Source: a virus (lineage: Duplodnaviria; Caudoviricetes). Taken from it: a stretch of 25,170 nt of DNA. Location: IMG/VR virus record IMGVR_UViG_3300014031_000007, positions 1 through 25,170 of that record; one strand, 5' to 3'. This document shows positions 22,894-25,170 of the stretch, piece after piece (the first letter of the stretch is position 1; every line of letters starts with the position of its first letter). The notes under the pieces are model-generated. The model was not told the DNA's origin, did not search any database, and saw only the letters and a list, made by a program, of their open reading frames with translations. The translations under genes and the position numbers were made by a program.

Positions 22894-24182
22894 ACGAGAT
22901 CACCTCCTGTTTCAGTAAATTCATCTGTCACTGGTGCGATGACCAGAGCAGGCCGTTTATCTGTGCTTGGTGCGACAGATGGCTTGCCGTCTGCCTGGGT
23001 GATTTTGAGGGCCAGTTTCTTCCATCTGATGGGTGAAATGTCCTTCAGCAATTCCTCGGCCTTGGTGGGCGTGATGATCTTATAGGTATACATCTGGTCG
23101 TGCTTTAAGTGCATAGACTTCATCGTCTTCTCGGCGTCGTCCGCGTCGTTCCATGCCCGCGCGCCCTTGCGCCCTTGCACGAGTTTGAAGTCAGGCACGG
23201 CCACACCGCCAAGCAATAATCCTTCGACGCGCGCACGTACGGCCTTGCACCAGTCTTCAACCATCCCGACAGCTTTCATCTTCAGACTGAGCAGAGGCGC
23301 ATCCACCGCTTCGACCAGGCTCTTGACGTTCTCTGCTGCCTTCGGATGCTGGGCCGCTTCTGCCAGTACCTCGAAGTCTGCGCCGACGTCTGCCTGCACC
23401 CTTGCCGCAAGCGCTGGGCACGTTGCTTTCGCTTTACACCACTTGCAGGTTGACTCGCTGGCGTGCAGTTCTTCAGGGAATATCTTGCCACCTGCTTCAA
23501 CTTTGGCGAGGATCATAAGGGCCTGCGATGCGCACACACCCAACACTGCGATGCGAGCATTGATCTCGTCGACTGTCAGCACATACTCGGATGGTAGCGT
23601 GCTGATGCGCGGTTGAAAGATCACCATCCGAACAGTCTCGAAGGTGCCCAGGTCGTATTTTTTAAGGGCGCCTGCGCCATACATAATGAGCTGATCGTTT
23701 TCGATGGCGCTGACTTCGTTACCCATGCCGTACTTCAAGTCACCGATCAGAATCTCGGTAGGTAGCAGAACCACTATGTCGCCTGTGCCGGTAGCACCAT
23801 CTTCGCCCGTGATGTGTCCGATGGGTAGTTCCTGTTCGGCCAGCAGTTCACCACCTTCGGCATACTGACGCACGAGGTTGACGACAGATTCGATGTGCCC
23901 GATCATGTCGTCGTCGACAGGATAAAACGCTGTCGGCAGGTACGGCATAATTTCGGGTTCGTGCCAATGAGCGCCATCTGATGTCACGGCAATCGTCTTG
24001 CTGAAGAACGCGCGGGGCATCACCCCCTTCGACAGTGATTCAGAAAGCAGGAAGTGCGCGGCGGTGCCCTCGTCAGCATACGAGCTGCTTGAATCAGGCA
24101 ACCCGCGCTCCATTGCGGGCGCACCACTGCACACACTCCAGCGAGATGCGCCACTGGGTGACAGTATCGCGTGCTGGCCCAT
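22890..24182 (-). CDS. DUF2800-family Cas4-like PD-(D/E)xK exonuclease
   Basis: HAILSPSGASRW..C, A.EGTAAH, GTGD...IGDLKYG, NDQL..Y, CKWCKAKATCPA. Confidence 0.9.
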   Translation of the reverse strand: MGQHAILSPSGASRWSVCSGAPAMERGLPDSSSSYADEGTAAHFLLSESLSKGVMPRAFFSKTIAVTSDGAHWHEPEIMPYLPTAFYPVDDDMIGHIESVVNLVRQYAEGGELLAEQELPIGHITGEDGATGTGDIVVLLPTEILIGDLKYGMGNEVSAIENDQLIMYGAGALKKYDLGTFETVRMVIFQPRISTLPSEYVLTVDEINARIAVLGVCASQALMILAKVEAGGKIFPEELHASESTCKWCKAKATCPALAARVQADVGADFEVLAEAAQHPKAAENVKSLVEAVDAPLLSLKMKAVGMVEDWCKAVRARVEGLLLGGVAVPDFKLVQGRKGARAWNDADDAEKTMKSMHLKHDQMYTYKIITPTKAEELLKDISPIRWKKLALKITQADGKPSVAPSTDKRPALVIAPVTDEFTETGGDLV

Positions 24183-24184
24183 GA

Positions 24185-24547
24185 TTACACCAGAGCCTTG
24201 GTGATTGCAGCCAGCAACCCCGGGAAAAGATCAGGCTGAGTTTCGATCTCTTTCAGCGACTTGTGCGGAGCGATAGCGGCCAGTGCAATGTCGCGGCCCT
24301 TGGCTTTCACCAGTTCGAGGAATGGCAGCTTGATGCCGTCATACGTGAGCGCTACGGCTGCACCTGGTGCAGAGATTGTTGCGCCGGATGCGGCTGCTGG
24401 TGCTGCTGCGACCACGGTGGATACTGCAGCGGGTGTTTCAGCCTTCTTCACATCCTTGTGCGGCTTTCCACCAGCAGCGGTAAGGATCGCTTGGGCAAGT
24501 TGTTGTACTGCCAGCGCGTGGTTTTCTATTGCAGATTCAAGTGACAT
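24185..24547 (-). CDS. Hypothetical protein with Ala/Pro-rich linker (typical neighbour of DUF2800 genes)
   Basis: RBS gaaagga; MSLESAI..H..A...LA N-terminus and a short helical C-terminal domain. Confidence 0.75.
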   Translation of the reverse strand: MSLESAIENHALAVQQLAQAILTAAGGKPHKDVKKAETPAAVSTVVAAAPAAASGATISAPGAAVALTYDGIKLPFLELVKAKGRDIALAAIAPHKSLKEIETQPDLFPGLLAAITKALV

Positions 24548-24573
24548 TGTGCTTCCTTTCAGGATTTAAGGGT

Positions 24574-24608
24574 AAAAAAAAGAGAGGGGCCATTACTAGC
24601 ACCACCTC
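24574..24608 (-). terminator. Probable intrinsic terminator
   Basis: - strand GAGGUGGU-GCUA-GUAA-UGGC-CCCUC imperfect hairpin followed by UC and U8, just after the stop at 24616. Confidence 0.55.
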
Positions 24609-24615
24609 GTAAGAC

Positions 24616-24921
24616 TTAGAACGTTACGCCTTCAACGTTCGCCAGTTCCCTCAAAAGCCCCACATCGCCGTGTGATACGAGACGTATTGGGCCAAGCCGG
24701 GATGTCGTGTCGGCGTGGCGGCTCAGGAAGTCATCACCTTTGGCGTTGGTGTAGACCACACCCATCTCGGTGCCGTAGGGGATGAAGACGATGTCCGCGC
24801 GAGCCGGAGCACTCGGAAGAGGGTTGTCAGACTTGGTTCCGTATTGTTCGAGAATACGGTTCGCCTCTTGATTGTCTGCGGCGAGTTGTTCTTTCTTGTG
24901 GATCGTAGGTAGTCCGTGCAT
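24616..24921 (-). CDS. Hypothetical protein
   Basis: RBS gaaagga, ATG 24921, 101 aa; no recognised motif. Confidence 0.7.
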   Translation of the reverse strand: MHGLPTIHKKEQLAADNQEANRILEQYGTKSDNPLPSAPARADIVFIPYGTEMGVVYTNAKGDDFLSRHADTTSRLGPIRLVSHGDVGLLRELANVEGVTF

Positions 24922-24948
24922 GATGCTTCCTTTCAGTTGGGTAAAGAG

Positions 24949-25170
24949 TTATCGGTAATTCGCGTAATTCGCTGCGGCGGATTCGGACAGCGAGTACAAG
25001 GCAACAGCCCGATGCCACCCGTTACCAAAGCGCCCGTATTCAGGGGTACCAACAGCGAATGGGTTCCCCTGGCGGCTGCGATTATAAGCGTTGAAACCAA
25101 GGACAAAGGCAAGGGTAGCGCCATCGCTGCATTCCTGGTGAACCTCTTGCTCGATCTCATTGCTCAGTCT
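24949..25170 (-). CDS. 5'-partial protein with an Rmf/CrpP-like motif
   Basis: Frame open from the window edge to TAA at 24949-24951: ...AFVLGFNAYNRSRQGNPFAVGTPEYGRFGNGWHRA...; not in the ORF track because it has no start in the window. Confidence 0.6.
   Translation of the reverse strand, partial: RLSNEIEQEVHQECSDGATLAFVLGFNAYNRSRQGNPFAVGTPEYGRFGNGWHRAVALYSLSESAAANYANYR

Noticed and set aside
22890-24182. Cas4 as part of a CRISPR-Cas system
   Set aside because: It is the DUF2800-type phage nuclease in its usual SSB/polymerase context; no other cas genes or array.
24933-25160. 75-aa ORF from the track (MRSSKRF...)
   Set aside because: It runs into the next gene's leader and has no motif; the alternative frame ending at 24949 looks like the real gene.
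1-25170. Stop-codon reassignment
   Set aside because: Genes are intact and tightly packed under the standard code, with TAA, TAG and TGA all used as stops.

Overview
This window is a segment of a tailed dsDNA phage or prophage, probably a podovirus of Proteobacteria (inferred from the gene set). It has two convergent arms. The + strand (1-14153) is the end of the late region: a giant virion ejection-type protein of more than 3460 aa that is open at the left edge, a tail fibre with its chaperone, a permuted papain-like protein and a lysis cassette. The - strand (25170-14158) is an APSE-type replication region (DUF2800 Cas4-like nuclease, DUF2815 SSB, family A DNA polymerase, VRR-NUC, SNF2 helicase) followed by nucleotide-metabolism genes. 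The most striking feature is the giant protein. Between an LPD22-like N-terminal part and a HExxH zincin it carries about seven tandem cargo modules: a rearranged zeta-toxin-like kinase, a HDxxGH domain, a candidate SAM-lyase-like domain, a Cys-His-Asp papain/transglutaminase-like domain, two ADP-ribosyltransferase-like domains and a large EELQSDW domain. Several junctions end in an [L/F]xQ motif, which suggests an injected, proteolytically processed anti-host or anti-defence polyprotein. Also notable are two chains of interlocking hairpins bracketing an acidic repeat protein, a chimeric membrane-protein/NinC-like gene, and a DUF4406-dNTP diphosphohydrolase fusion with an internal RBS. All family calls come from reading motifs by eye; no database search was run.
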